In this document: positions 22,749 through 35,517 of the stretch, piece by piece
Layout: the number at the start of each line of letters is the position of its first letter
How positions within the stretch are numbered: position 1 is the stretch's first letter
NCBI GenBank assembly: GCA_013265495.1
Contig: MU058228.1
Location: 124,001-188,000 of the forward strand
Length of the DNA: 64,000 nt
Origin: Vicugna vicugna
Lineage: Eukaryota
Direction: 5' to 3'
Position numbers and translations under genes: made by a program
The notes under the pieces: model-generated
What the model saw: the letters and a program-made list of their open reading frames with translations, nothing else
Databases searched by the model: none
Told to the model about the DNA's origin: nothing

Positions 22749-23739
22749 ATCTCAGGGCGTCCTCTCCTCTTGTCTGGGAGAAACAGGCATCTGCTCCTTG
22801 TCGTCTCAGCAACTCAGGGAGCCCCGCCCCAGTGAGAACTGCAGCACCTGGGCTCCCGATCCCGCCCCTGGGGATTTCTGGGCCACCGAGCTTTGGTTCA
22901 TCTGCTGGGTATGCTGTCTCTTGCCTCGTTGATTTATCAGACAGGCATCAACACATTGGAGCGTGTCTCACTAAGCATGAGATGTGGGAGGCAGCAGCCT
23001 CACCCCTTGCCTGTGGGGAGAACTAACAGCACATCTCTTTCCAAAGTATCTTCTCTCCAAAGTTAATTCTCTCTCCCTCTAATTTCCAAACACTCTGTCG
23101 TTTTATACAACTTAGATGTAGGCGTAGAGTTTAAGGGTGACATAACTGTTACTGATTTGGTTTATTTGGTTATTTATTTGGTTTTCCTTTGAAATATTGC
23201 ATCTCAGGCTAACAAATCACTTTAGAATGTCATGTGCATTGTAGTTTCTAAAACATCGCATCTCGAAATTCCAGTCCAGATTTTCAGTTTAATATCTTGT
23301 TGCACTGACGTTTATTCAGCGCTTAATAAATAATGGATACTGATTACTTAGTAGATGATGGATGATGGATATTCCAAGTCTAAATGGCTATTACTCACCT
23401 ACACTTCATAACAACTTTATGAAGTAAATACTATTATTTATCCTGGTACAGAGGAGAGAAATAAAGCACAGAGAAGTTGAGTAACTTACAAAAGGTTGAC
23501 CAGCTAGTGAGTGGAGAAATTGGGAGTTGAGTAAGCAATCCCGCTGCGGGTGGCAAACCTCTAAACTATACTATACTGCTAGCCTCCTCATGTTTCAAAT
23601 CACCTGCCTTTAAAGACCTCTTGATGGTAAATCCACCATAATTTAATACCCTCAAGAAAATGAAAAATCCCTGAGTTTCTGAGACGACAAGGAGCAGACG
23701 CCCATTTCTCCCAGACAAGAGGAGAGGACGCCCTGAGAT
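22749..23739. repeat. 72-bp inverted repeat pair (22749-22820 and 23668-23739), 68/72 identical
   Basis: ATCTCAGGGCGTCCTCTCCTCTTGTCTGGGAGAAA..GGC.TCTGCTCCTTGTCGTCTCAG.AACTCAGGGA occurs on + at 22749 and on - from 23739. Confidence 0.95.
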
Positions 23740-24619
23740 AAACTTAGGGAATTCTATCTGCTGTGGCCTGCAAGCCCCCACACTGGAAACACACTCCAAG
23801 GCCACTGCCCCCCCCCTTTCAGATGATCTGAAAACCTCCATTTCAGCTTACTTAGAAGACAGACGCCTCGTCCTCCGCAACAGCGGGTTGTTCTCCAGAT
23901 TCCATTCTTTAGCAGCAGGGCTGCCTGCCCCTCCAGCTGCATTTTTTTTTTTAACCCGCGTGAAGGCTGCCAGGAATGAAAAGGGGAGGGCGAAGATGTG
24001 GGTGGTGGGGGGAGGCAGGGCCTGGGGGAGAGCTGGGACCCTGTGGGGCTCCAGCCTGACGGCTCTTCTCTTTGCCTCTTTCCTCTGCTGTTGGTGCTTC
24101 TGCCCGAAGCTGCCAGGTGAGTGCTGGGGCAAAGAAAAGCTGGGCTGGCACAGGGCCTGGGGGTAGCGGAGGTGGGAGCTGGCCAGCGCTCTAGGCTGGC
24201 ATCTGCAGCTCTAATGCACCCACCCGTGACCTGGGGGTATTATTAACATTCAGACTTGATCTAAGCCCAGGATGTTGCCTGAGGTCCTGCATATCTGCTG
24301 AGGCCAGGGCTGCTGCATGTGGACTTTGTGTAAAAGTCTAGGATGCTTTCCAGGCCAGGTGGGCAGTGAGCTGGGTCCAGTGAACTAGGTCCAGCCCTGT
24401 CCTCAGTGGACATTCTGCTCTCACACCTTAGCTCTCTGAGATGTTTTCTACCAGGAATAGAACACTAAAAATTTTTTCCCAAAGAACAAGAGATGCTTAG
24501 AAAAATGCTTTAAAAATCATGATGGAATTAAAACAAATCTGTTTACATATTTGAAAATCCTCTCAAACAATGGGCTTTCCTCCTTCTTCCAATTCCTTTT
24601 TAATGTTTAAAATAGACAT

Positions 24620-24745
24620 TTATTAAAAATATTTTTACTTTGTTAAAATGTTTTTTGAGGGTAGGTAATTAGGTTATTTACTTATTTAATGGAGGTACTG
24701 GGGATTGAACCCAGGACCTCATGCATGCCAAGCATGCACTCCTTC
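24620..24745 (-). mobile_element. tRNA-derived SINE (Vic-1-like), partial
   Basis: 'ggtaattaggttatttacttatttaatggaggtactggggattgaacccaggacctcatgcatgccaagcatgcactc'. Confidence 0.75.
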
Positions 24746-25285
24746 TCCCTCATAGGTATTGCTTCTAAAATCTGGACAGGGCTCAGATCCTGCTAACCTA
24801 CTTCCAAATACATTTATTTGCAAATGATTTCTCCATTCCTAGAAACAGAGTGGTGTCTCTGGAGCTTTTTCAGCAATGCTGAGCCCTCAGCTCCCTATGT
24901 CTCCAAGTTTGGCCTGGGGTCTCTGGTCCCCTGTGGGCAAAGCTGCAGACATGTTTGTGGGAAGAGGATGCAGGTCTCAGAGAATGAGACAGGTGGGCTG
25001 GGAACAGCTAGACCAGATCGGGGAGACCACATGATCTCAGGAAAGCAGGGGATGAAGGAGGAGGCACACCTGTTTGGAGTGTGTTCAGAGCCCAGGGCTG
25101 CCTCCCCTAAGAGCTTATAAAGCGGGGAGGGGCTGCAGGCACCCTCACAGGAGGATGCACGACCAGCCTGGAATTGGGCTGATTATCATGCCCTACAAAA
25201 GCCCTCTGAGATGCTCTGCTACAGACGTCTTGCTTGACAGAGCTGGTAACTGAAGCCAAGAGTGGAAGCGAGTGCAATCTGAAAG

Positions 25286-25447
25286 CAGTGGTTCTCAACC
25301 AGGGGAGAAATGTGCTACCGCCACCTAGTGGATAGAGGCCAGCAATGCTGCTAAACATCTTCCAATGCCTGGACTAACATCCTTCCTACCCTCAAACAAA
25401 AATGAACAGACCCCAAATGTCAATAGCGCCAAGGTTGAGAAACCCAG
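25286..25447. mobile_element. hAT-Charlie MITE (MER20-like)
   Basis: Terminal inverted repeats CAGTGGTTCTCAACC ... GGTTGAGAAACCCAG. Confidence 0.65.
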
Positions 25448-27210
25448 GACCAGCCTTGAAACTTGACTTTCTTTTGGTCCTCTTGGAGCTGAATCTCTCT
25501 CCAAACAAAACTTAAACATCTATTGAGAAACCACTTCTTTCCCAAGGCACCTCACTAAGTGTTTCTCATCCGGTAAGTAAGCTACATTTGTTGTCTTGAT
25601 TTCCAAATTAGGAAACAGATTTTGTTCCTTATCTATTTACCTTTTATTATTTTCAATTATTCATCTTCTTCCTTTGAATTCTGGAAGAATTACCCAATGT
25701 GCTTTCTAGCACCCTGACTTAATTTCCCCTAGAATCTGTTCTATTGCCTTCTAACTGATGATCTGCCTCCTGCTCTATTTGTGGTGGGTGTACACATTTA
25801 AATACCTGTTTACTCTCATTTTCAAGTCCTAGGGATGAGAGGAGATAAATCTTTATCTTCAATCTGCCATCTTTAATCATGGTACCAGTTTTGCATCTTT
25901 CTAGAGACTGGAAATAAATTTCTTCTAAAAATTTTAATCCAGTTTTATAGAAAAGAATTTTCAGCAGCCTGATACCCGTCAGAGTCTTCACAGTCTCTGA
26001 TGGAAGCAGAAAGACAGGGACAGAGGGGCAGGCGGGGAGGTTCAGACTCTGATTCTTAGTGGCTCAAAATATGGTTTCTCACAGTTGGTGGATGGTAACA
26101 AAATTCTCTGGTCCATTGAGACCCTTTGAGCTTTCCCTTGGAAGTGTCTCAATCCAGCCTTTTTAACTGCATGAAGGCAACCATTCTGCCTAACTTTTGG
26201 CACATGGTCTGTTCTTATCTACAATTTATAAATTGTTTTGTGCATCTCCCTGGGTCTTCTAACTGGGAAGCTGATATGAGATAAATCACGCACGTCTCAG
26301 CTGCTGCCATGTTAACTTTGAAATTCAACTTATTAGTAGTATTATTAGACTCAGCAGGAAGCAACCTAAGCAAGTTCCTGGTCAGAGAGGAAACAAGGGT
26401 GTTCTGAATTACAGGAAAGATAATTGGGGGGTCAAATCCTTGAAGAAGCTGGAAGGAACGACCCAGAGACATAGCTTTGAAAGGGAGAGTAGCCTTGGAC
26501 AAGTGGAAAGACACTTCCTTCTCTAAGATGCCACAGCAGGAAGTGACTACGGAGATAAGAGAAGATGCAGATGGAGGGTTTCGCATTAAAGAGTCTCTAT
26601 TTCCTCCGGAATAAGAGGTTTGCATGGTCCTCTGAGAGTGAGGGGAGCCAGGTACATGAGAGTTTGGGCTGAAGAGGGAGTGTTAACAGAACATCTGGGC
26701 ACTGAGGAAGGCTGCTGCTGGGACAAAGATGAAGATGGCAAATTGGGTTTGTAGCCTGATGGTATTTTGTCCAGTGAATTGAAGGTTTCTGAAGCCTGTC
26801 TTCGACCATGGTCACCTCCCAAGCCCAAGGAGCGATGATAAAGCAGAGTTGAATTTTGAATTTTTATCCCGTCAGCTCTGGCTTTGGCCCCAACCTCCTT
26901 ACATTTATTTAGTGGATTCTGCTGGGTTTTCTTCGAAGTGTTCTCCTTCCCTAAGCCATTAGGTCTAAAGAACATCAGATGAAAGCAACCCTTGACACTC
27001 ACTCTGTTTCCGTGATCCCCCCTAACCTAACCTCATCTCAGTCTCACCACTGCAGTGGAGGCAGAGGCCAGCTGACACACCTGTGAGCACCAGAGGGCGT
27101 GGAGCCAGGGAAAAGCAGGTGGAAAAATGCACGTGCATCCCCCCGGGGTCAGCGCTGATACTGACAGTAGCACCAGACCCCGGCAGCCATCACCCGGGGA
27201 GCAACAGTTC

Positions 27211-28827
27211 TTTTTTTTTTTTAACATTTTTTATTGATTTATAATCATTTTACAATGTTGTGTCAAATTCCAGTGTAGACCACAATTTTTCAGTTATACA
27301 TGAACATATATATATTCATTGTCACATTTTTTTCTCTGTGAGCTACCATAAGATCTTGTGCATATTCCCCTGTGCTACACAGTATAATCTTGTTTATCTA
27401 TTCTACAATTTTGAAATCCCATCTATCCCTTCCCACCCTCTGCCCCCTTGGCAACCACAAGTTTGTATTCTATGTCTATGAGTCTATTTCTGTTTTGTAT
27501 TTATGCTTTGTTTGTTTGTTTTTTAGATTCTACATATGAGTGATCTCATATGGTATTTTTCTTTCTCTTTCTGGCTTACTTCACTTAGAATGACATTCTC
27601 CAGGAGCATCCACATTGCTGCAAATGGTGTTATGTTGTCAGTTTTTATGGCTGAGTAGTATTCCATTGTATAAATATCCCACATCTTCTTTATCCAGTCA
27701 TCTGTTGATGGATATTTAGGTTGTTTCCATGTCTCGGCTATTGTAAATAGTGCTGCTATGAACATTTGGGTGCAGGTGTCTTTTTGAAGTACGGTTCCTT
27801 CTGGATATATGCCCAGGAGCGGGATTCCTGGGTCATATGGTAAGTCTATTCCTAGTCTTTTGAGGAATCTCCATACTGTTTTCCACAGTGGCTGCACCAA
27901 ACTGCATTCCCACCAGCAGTGCAGGGGGGTTCCCTTTTCTCCACAGCCTCTCCAACATTTGTCATTTGTGGATTTTTGAATGATGGCCATTCTGACTCGT
28001 GTCAGGTGATACCTTATTGTAGCTCTGATTTGCATTTCTCTGATAATTAGTGATATTGAGCATTTTTTCATGTGCCTATTGATCATTTGTATGTCTTCCT
28101 TGGAGAATTGCTTGTTTAGGTCTTTTGCCCATTTTTGGATTGGGTTGTTTGTTTTTTTTCTTATTAAGTCGTATAAGCTGCTTATATATTCTGGAGATCA
28201 AGCCTTTGTCGGTTTCATTTGCAAAAATTTTCTCCCATTCCATAGGTTGTCTTTTTGTTTTACTTATGGTTTCCTTTGCTGTGCAAAAGCTTGTAAGTTT
28301 CATTAGGTCCCATTTGTTTATTCTTGCTTTTATTTCTGTTGCTTGAGTAGACTATTCTAGGAGAACATTTTTGAGATGTATGTCAGATAATGTTTTGCCT
28401 ATATTTTCTTCTAGGAGGTTTATTTTATCTTGTCTTATGTTTAAGTCTTTGATTCATTTTGAGTTTATTTTTGTGTATGGTGTAAGGGAGTGTTCTAGCT
28501 CCATTGCTTTACATGCTGCCGTTCAGTTTCCCAACACCATTTGCTGAAGAGACTGTCTTTATTCCATTGTATATTCTTGCCTACTTTGTCAAAGATTAGT
28601 AGACCAAAAGTTTGTGGGTTCATTTCTGGGTTCTCTATTCTGTTCCATTGGTCTGTATGTCTGTTTTTGTACCAATACCATGCTGTCTTGATGACTGTAG
28701 CTCTGTAGTATTGTCTGAAGTCTGGGAGAGTTATTCCTTCAGCCTCTTTCTTTTTCTTCAGTAATGCTTTGGCAATTCTAGGTCTTTGATGGTTCCATAT
28801 AAATTTTATTATGATTTGTTCTAGTTC
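27211..28827 (-). mobile_element. Relatively young 5'-truncated L1 (ORF2 C-terminus, 3' UTR, poly-A)
   Basis: Poly(T) at 27211-27222. The 187-aa ORF 27523-28086 carries the L1 ORF2 C-terminal motifs (RYHLT.VRMAII.KS...[16 protein letters not shown]...[10 protein letters not shown]). Confidence 0.93.
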
Positions 28828-29194
28828 CAGTCTTTAGAGGACTCTGGTCTCTGTCTCTTTAGCCTTTGGGAAAGAGTGAGAAGCAGGGAGGGCAAGAGAG
28901 AGACAAAGACAGACCCTGGTCTCCCCCCATCCGAGTGTTCCTCTCCTCTACAGAGGGGGACAGGCGAGAGAGCCACGCCCACTGCCACTCACTATTCATA
29001 TTTTACATATGACTCTATTAACCATAGACAATGCAATCAGAGTCTTGGTATCTGAAATACCAGATTCTAGGAGAGGAGTGAGGAAGCCCGCCTTACACAT
29101 CCTTGGATTGGGGGTGACAAGGTGGCCCGCCGCTTCTCTAGAGGACAGTGAGCGGCACACCTACACTCACCACTGTCCTCTGCTCCGTAACAGG

Positions 29195-30016
29195 ATGTGT
29201 GGCGGGTTCCTGAGGCGGCTGGTGGTGGAGGAGAGCCGGCACGCCACCCCTGTGGGGCGCCTCCTGCTTCCTGTGCTCCTGGGATTCCGCCTGGTGCTGC
29301 TGGCCGCCAGTGGGACGGGGGTCTTCAGTGATGAGCAGAGCGAATTCGTGTGTCACACCCAGCAGCCGGGCTGCAAGGCCGCCTGCTACGATGCCTTCCA
29401 CCCTCTCTCCCCTCTGCGCTTCTGGGCCTTCCAGGTCATCCTGGTGGCGGTGCCCAGCATCCTCTATGTGGGGGTCACGCTGTATCACGTGATCTGGCAG
29501 TGGGAAGCAGGAAAGGTGAAGAGGGAAGAAGGGACACTGAGCGGCCAGGGGGAGGAGAGCCAGGGTGCCTCAGGGGCTGGGAGCCCCAGGCTGCTCTGGG
29601 CCTACGTGGCACAGCTGGGGGTGCGCCTGGCCCTTGAGGGGGCAGCCTTGGGGGGACAGTACCATCTGTATGGGTTCAAGATGCCCAGCTCCTTCTCATG
29701 TCGTCAAGAGCCTTGCCTTGGTAGTACAACATGTAATCTGTCTCGTCCAGCTGAGAAGACCATCTTCCTAAAGACCATGTTCGGGGTCACTGGGCTCTGT
29801 CTCCTGTTTACTCTTTTGGAGCTGGTGCTCCTGGGCGTGGGGAGATGGTGGAAGACCCGGAAGGACAAAGCTCCCTCTTCTAACTACTTCCCATCTTCAG
29901 AGAGCACCAAAAGACACCGGGAACCAACTGGTAACTTCCCAGCGGTGGAAACAAAAGAACAGTTCCAAGAAGCAGGTGGGAGGGGCACCGATGTCCCTCT
30001 TGCTTCCTGCCCCTGA
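29195..30016 (+). CDS. GJC3: Gap junction gamma-3 protein (connexin 29/30.2), 273 aa as an unspliced ORF
   Basis: [40 protein letters not shown]..., with connexin extracellular Cys motifs [16 protein letters not shown] and [23 protein letters not shown], and four hydrophobic segments. The start was chosen by similarity to the known GJC3 N-terminus. Confidence 0.95.
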   Translation: MCGGFLRRLVVEESRHATPVGRLLLPVLLGFRLVLLAASGTGVFSDEQSEFVCHTQQPGCKAACYDAFHPLSPLRFWAFQVILVAVPSILYVGVTLYHVIWQWEAGKVKREEGTLSGQGEESQGASGAGSPRLLWAYVAQLGVRLALEGAALGGQYHLYGFKMPSSFSCRQEPCLGSTTCNLSRPAEKTIFLKTMFGVTGLCLLFTLLELVLLGVGRWWKTRKDKAPSSNYFPSSESTKRHREPTGNFPAVETKEQFQEAGGRGTDVPLASCP

Positions 30017-31436
30017 TGCATCCGTCCCGGTGATCTTCCACGGCAGGTCCCTTGCCCTCTGGGAAGTACAACTCCCACGTGTTACAAGGGAGAAAACCAG
30101 GTTCTAGGCAGATGTCTTCTGACCGCTGCTCCCAAAACACCCCCCAACTGCCATCTCCATCAATCGGGTGGTTCTTTCCAGTGAACCGGGACCACAGTGT
30201 GCAGTCAGTTGTACCTCTGGCTTTTCCATTTAGGTCTCTTCCCACTTAGAAGAAGTCTCAGCTTCTGCTTGATTCTCTACTTTGCAGAGTTATGAAGACA
30301 CCTGGCTCACCCGTGAAGGAAACCCTATGACTGGATCTTCTTTGGAACATCCAGTGAGTGGGGATTTATCTCCAGGGCAAATCAGAGGCTACTGATGTAT
30401 ATCCAAGAGCCACGGTAGGCCATGCTGTCTGCAGCATGTCCTTGAAGGGCTCCTGCCTGTGCCTTCTCACCAAATCCCCCGGTGTCAGCATCACGGTTTT
30501 CATGGGTTTCACTCCAGAGCCAGCCAGCAGAAGCCTCCATAAGATCGTGCCTCTCCCTGTCCTGTGCAATAAATATTGGTCACCGTTGTTGGTGTTCTTG
30601 TGGCTGAAGACACTCCTTCTTCCTGTCTCAGTGACTCTACATCTCTCTCCTGTTCCCCCTGCCTTCAAAGTTCTGTAACCTATAAACGCCCCTAGCCCCG
30701 CAGCAGATGGCATATCCAGACTCTGAGCTTCCAAGAATATATAACCAAGTGTCCTTTAACATGGAGATCAGATTTGTTCAAACACCCAGCCGAACTATTT
30801 AGGGAGATTACTGTGAATTCAGAGGCTTATGTCCCTTGGACCACTGACAGCTCTGATTCTGCTCAACCCTCCTTCTCTGCTTTGTGCCCTGCAGCTGCTC
30901 CACTGTCTCCAGCACAGGAACAGCCCATATGGGGAACCAAGTCCTTACTTTCCAAACCCATACCCCTCAATACCACACAGAAAAGACAGCAGTTTTACTG
31001 CTGATTCAGGGGTAAAAATAAGGGACATTTATATCACAGTATGATTCAGCAGGCTGAATAGCAGCCTTCTTTTCTTGAGACTCTCAGTCATTTCTGCCCC
31101 AAAGCATCCTAGCCTCCCACTGTTTTGTAGAAACACCTCCCTTCTCAGTTCTTCCTTGCCTTCAAATCCTCAACAAAGAGCAGTTACCTAGTTTTGTTTT
31201 CTCCTCTGAATCACAAATGATCCTGGAGTAAATTAGGAAGGCTCATTCCTAAGAAAAGGTATTTTATTCCCCAAGAGACACTTTGGCAACAACCAGTAAA
31301 ATAATATATATTTTTCTTTCTGCTACACAGTGTTTCATAAAGAATCCCTTATCTACCATAGCCAGAACCCAGTCAAATCACCAAGAGCAGAAAAAAGCAA
31401 ATGTCATCATTCTGAATTCCTCCTTGATGGCACCCC

Positions 31437-32940
31437 TTTTCAAACAGCTTTACTGAGATATAGTTCATGTACCATGTAATTCACCTACTTAAAGTATACA
31501 ATTCAGTGGCTTTTAGTATAGTCACAGAGTTGTGTACCCATTAACAAAGCAATTTTAGAACACTTCCATCAACTCAAAAAGAAACCCTACACTATTTAGC
31601 TTTTAACTCCCAAACCGCCATGCCCCCCAAGCTTAAACAATCACTAATATACTTCCTGTCTCTGTAGCTCTTCCCAGGCTGGGCTTTTCATCACACAAAC
31701 AGAGTCATACAGTACGTTGTCTTTTGTGACTGGTTTCTTTCACTCAGCATTCTGGTTTTGAGGTTCATCCATGTAGTAGCAGTATCATCAGTACTTCGCT
31801 CCTTTCATGATTGAATATTATTTCCCTGTATGGCGATACCACATTTTACTTATTCATTTTTCAGTTGGCCATTTGGATTGTTTCCACTTTGGGGCTATTA
31901 TGAATAATGGTGCTATGAGCACTGATGTACTAGTTTTTGTGTGAACATATGTTTTCAATTCTCTTGGGTAAATACCTAGGACTGAAACTGCTGGGGCACA
32001 TGGTAACACTTTAACTTTTCGAGGAAGGGCCGAACTTTCCACAGCAGCTGTACTATTTACTCATTTACATTCTTAGCAGTAATGTACAAATGGGTTCCAA
32101 TTTATCCACATCTTCACCAATACTTGGCATTTTGTCCCCCCAGCATTTGATTTTTAAATTCTAGCCATCCTAGTGGGTGAAGTGATATTTCACTGTGGTT
32201 TTGATTTGCATTTTCCTAATAAATAATGGTGTTGAGCATATCTTTATGTGCTTATTGGCCATCTGTATAGCTTCTTTGGAGAAAAGTCTATTCAAATCCT
32301 TTGCTCATTTTTCAGTTGGGTTTGTATTTTTGTTGTTGAGTTCTTCATATAGTCTGGATACTAAACCCTTATGAGATGTATGATTCCAAATATTTTCTCC
32401 TATTCAGTGGATTCTTTTACTTTATTGACAGTGTTCTTTGATACACAAAAGATTTTAATTCTGATGAAGTCCAACTTACTAATTTTTTCTTTTGTTGCTT
32501 ACAACTTTGGTGTTATAGTGAATAAACCGTTGCTTAATCCATGACAATGAAGATTGCGCCTATGTTTCCTTCTAAAAGTTTTGTGGTTTTAGCTTACATT
32601 TAGGTCTTTGATTGATGTTGAATTAATTTTTGTATATGGTGTGAGGTAAGGGTCCAACTTCATTCTTTTGCATGTGGATGTCCAATTGTCCCAGCACCAT
32701 TTTCCTGACATAACACGGTTTTGGCGTCCTTGTTGAAAAGCAAATGCTTGTAGATGTAAGGCATTGTTTCTGTACTTTCAATTCAATTCCATTGATCTAT
32801 ACGTCTGTTCTTAAGGCAGTACCACGTGGTGATTACTGTAGCTTTGTAATAACGCTTGAAATTGAGAAGCGTGAACCCCCCTACTTTGTTCTTTTTCAAG
32901 ATTGTTTGTCCAGTTGGGATCCTCTGAAATTCCATACGAA
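31437..32940 (-). mobile_element. L1 3' fragment (L1MA/MB-like)
   Basis: Antisense L1 3' UTR 'cagctttactgagatatagttcat.taccat..aattcacc.acttaaagt.tacaattcagtgg' followed by ORF2 C-terminal antisense sequence. Confidence 0.8.
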
Positions 32941-34259
32941 TAAAATTGTAAATTAGGGAGCCTAAATGTTTTCAGTGAAGAAGGACGTTACTTTCAGGGG
33001 TATGGCAGGATTGAAGACATTAAGGAGATATAGTTCAATATATAGGCAGACATACAGACACCCAGACACTCACACCACAAACATTCATAACAAACATTAG
33101 TAACTGATAAGAGCACCTCTTCCTGTTGGTCCGTATTAAGACTCAGATTCCTTCTCAGTACAATATTCCAATTTACAAAGAAAATGCAGCTATCAGTTGT
33201 ATAATTTGAAAATTTAAAAACAGACATTCTGTGGAACTTTCATCAAAACCCCAAAACAGAGCTCTCAGGAATTCCTTTCCAAATCATTTAATCATACATT
33301 CAGTAACCACGTACTGAGCACATTACAGGACAGGCATTGTCTGATGTTGGGACACAAGAATTACAAATTTCATTCATAAGAAAAGGCATAGAGTGGGAAG
33401 AATGAAAGACAAAGCACCTCAGAAACACAAGATAAAAAATCCATTGAAGAGAAACAGATTAACACCCTGAAATAGGCAAGCATATTGTTTGTTGAAAGCC
33501 TCAGTGGATGTTACTTGGGATAACAAAACGGTTGCTGTCTTCAAGTTGGGTACCAAATATCAATGTACCTGCACTTCTGAATCTTAACCACTCTCACTTA
33601 AAACAGCTCATTTCCTTCTCACCACTCTCCCGGTTCTATCATGTCTTTCGCAAGAGACACGGTCTCAGCTCCACTCTCCAGGTATTGCTCTCACACCCTG
33701 GTCTTTACTTTATCAGGTAGGAGGGTCAGGATCTGCTCCTTCCCAGCATCTTAGATGACAGCTGCTCACAGCAGATCACCCCGAACTGGCTCAGAGCATC
33801 CTTAGGCCCACAGACCTCCTGGGCACTGAACCACCTAAAATACTGGAGGGAAGTCTCAAACCTGGGGAAGATCTTCTAACCCTAGATTCTCTCCCTTAAC
33901 TTGACGATTAGAACCCCAATCTGCACTGGGTGAGCGTGCCCCATGCTCTGAGAATGGGCTTCCTCTGCCTGGTGTATATCCTCTGCTTATGAAGACAGAG
34001 AGGGAAATCAGGGTGGCAGGGTGATCAGATAGCTCCCCACTAGGATGTGGGCTAAACACTCCCTTTTTTGCTCACTTCTTAGAAAGCTGGCTCTCCACTT
34101 CGCCCGACTTCTCGAACACCAGGAGAGTCGGGGGGCTTCATGGGGGCAGCAAGAAATCCTGTCTTTATAGAAACTCCACTAGACCTCGGGGTTGGAGTAC
34201 AAGAAAGGATTCCTTTCCTAGAGAATGAGGCTGAACGAAAAGACTTCAGGAAGGGCCAG

Positions 34260-35360
34260 CCTACGAGGCACGGCGCGCCCTTTAGCCTCGCTGCAGGCCC
34301 CGCTGCACAGATACCCCTCGTCCTCCTGGCCCTTCTGGCCACTAGGCTGCAGCTCGCCTAGGACTTCAGAACCTAAATCGTCCGGAGCGGCCGCCGAACA
34401 CTGACCTCACTGAGCAAACTTGAAGGACTTGCCACGTTCATTAGCGCCCCCTAGTTTCGCTCCACCAGCCGCTGCTGCAGCTGCGCAGTCGCCGCACGCC
34501 GGGTACGCTCCCTAGACCTAAGGGCCCCGCGCGTCCTCTCTAGGACTGCCGGGGGATTTCCGCTTCTCTATTGTTGGTCCAGGAGCGGCCCGCTGTCCCG
34601 TCATGCCCCGCGCGGCCGGCCAGGGCGGAAATCCCGCGGTTCGCGCGCCCCGCCCCAACAGAGCGCGGGGAAGGGCCGCCGCCCCGCCTGGCACGTGCCC
34701 CGCCCCGCCCCGATCCCAGCTCCGGGAAGAGGCTACAGTTTGCCCTCCGGCGGGAGACAGCGGCCGCAGGTGCGAAGGCCACAGGCTTCCCGGGCCCGCC
34801 CGAGCCTGCAGGCCTCTCATCCGACCCCTACTCCGGGTCCGGGCTCGAGCGGCATGGAGGCCGAGGACCTCCAGGAGGAGCTGACCTGCTCCATCTGCCT
34901 GGACTATTTCGAGGACCCCGTGTCCATCGAGTGCGGCCACAACTTCTGCCGCGGCTGCCTGCACCGCAGTTTGGCGCCGGGCGGCACCCCGTTCCCCTGC
35001 CCCGAGTGCCGGCAGCCGTCCGCGCCCGCGGCGCTGCGGCCCAACTGGGCGCTGGCCCGGCTGACGGAGAAGACGCGGCGGCGGCGGCGCCAGGGCCCCT
35101 CGCCCCAGGGCCTGTGCGGCCGCCACTGGGAGCCGCTGCGGCTCTTCTGCGAGGACGACCAGCGGCTCGTGTGCTTGGTGTGCAGGGAGTCCCAGGAGCA
35201 CCAGGCCCACACCATGGCCCCCATCGACGAGGCCTTCGAGAGCTACCGGGTGAGCCGGCGGTTTACGGGGCTGCCGGTATTGCCTGGGGATGTTTACTGT
35301 TTACACCCGGCGGCTCCTATTGCCATCGGAAGCGTGAATCCTCCCCCCGCCCCGCCCCCC
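34260..35360 (+). promoter_or_regulatory. TRIM4: CpG island covering the TRIM4 promoter and exon 1
   Basis: Dense CpG and high GC, with tandem GC boxes (CCCGCCCCGCCCC near 34698-34711) upstream of the ATG at 34854. Confidence 0.85.
34854..35249 (+). CDS. TRIM4: TRIM4 coding exon 1 (RING and B-box), 396 nt
   Basis: MEAEDLQEELTCSICLDYFEDPVSIECGHNFCRGCL...CPECR (C3HC4 RING), then the B-box LCGRHWEPLRLFCEDDQRLVCLVCRESQEH. Donor CGG|gtgagc. Confidence 0.96.
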
Positions 35361-35517
35361 GAGGCTGAAGTAGTTAAACGACTCACTGATCTCAGAGCTG
35401 GGGTTAAAACTGGAATTGGGAGGGGTGGTGCAAAGCTCAGTCATCACTGCAGAATTTTCAAGGGACTCGCCTCCGGAAGCTCCTCGTTTAAGATAAACAT
35501 CCTGAGAAGTTATAAAC

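Noticed and set aside
22749..23739. Non-autonomous DNA transposon reading of the 72-bp inverted repeat
   Set aside because: There is no target-site duplication and no recognisable TIR signature, and an ancient MIR in the spacer is incompatible with young, near-identical TIRs.
29009..29194. 62-aa N-terminal extension of the GJC3 ORF in the ORF track
   Set aside because: Connexin N-termini are short and the recognisable GJC3 start is MCG at 29195. The extension crosses an apparent splice acceptor and is probably intronic.
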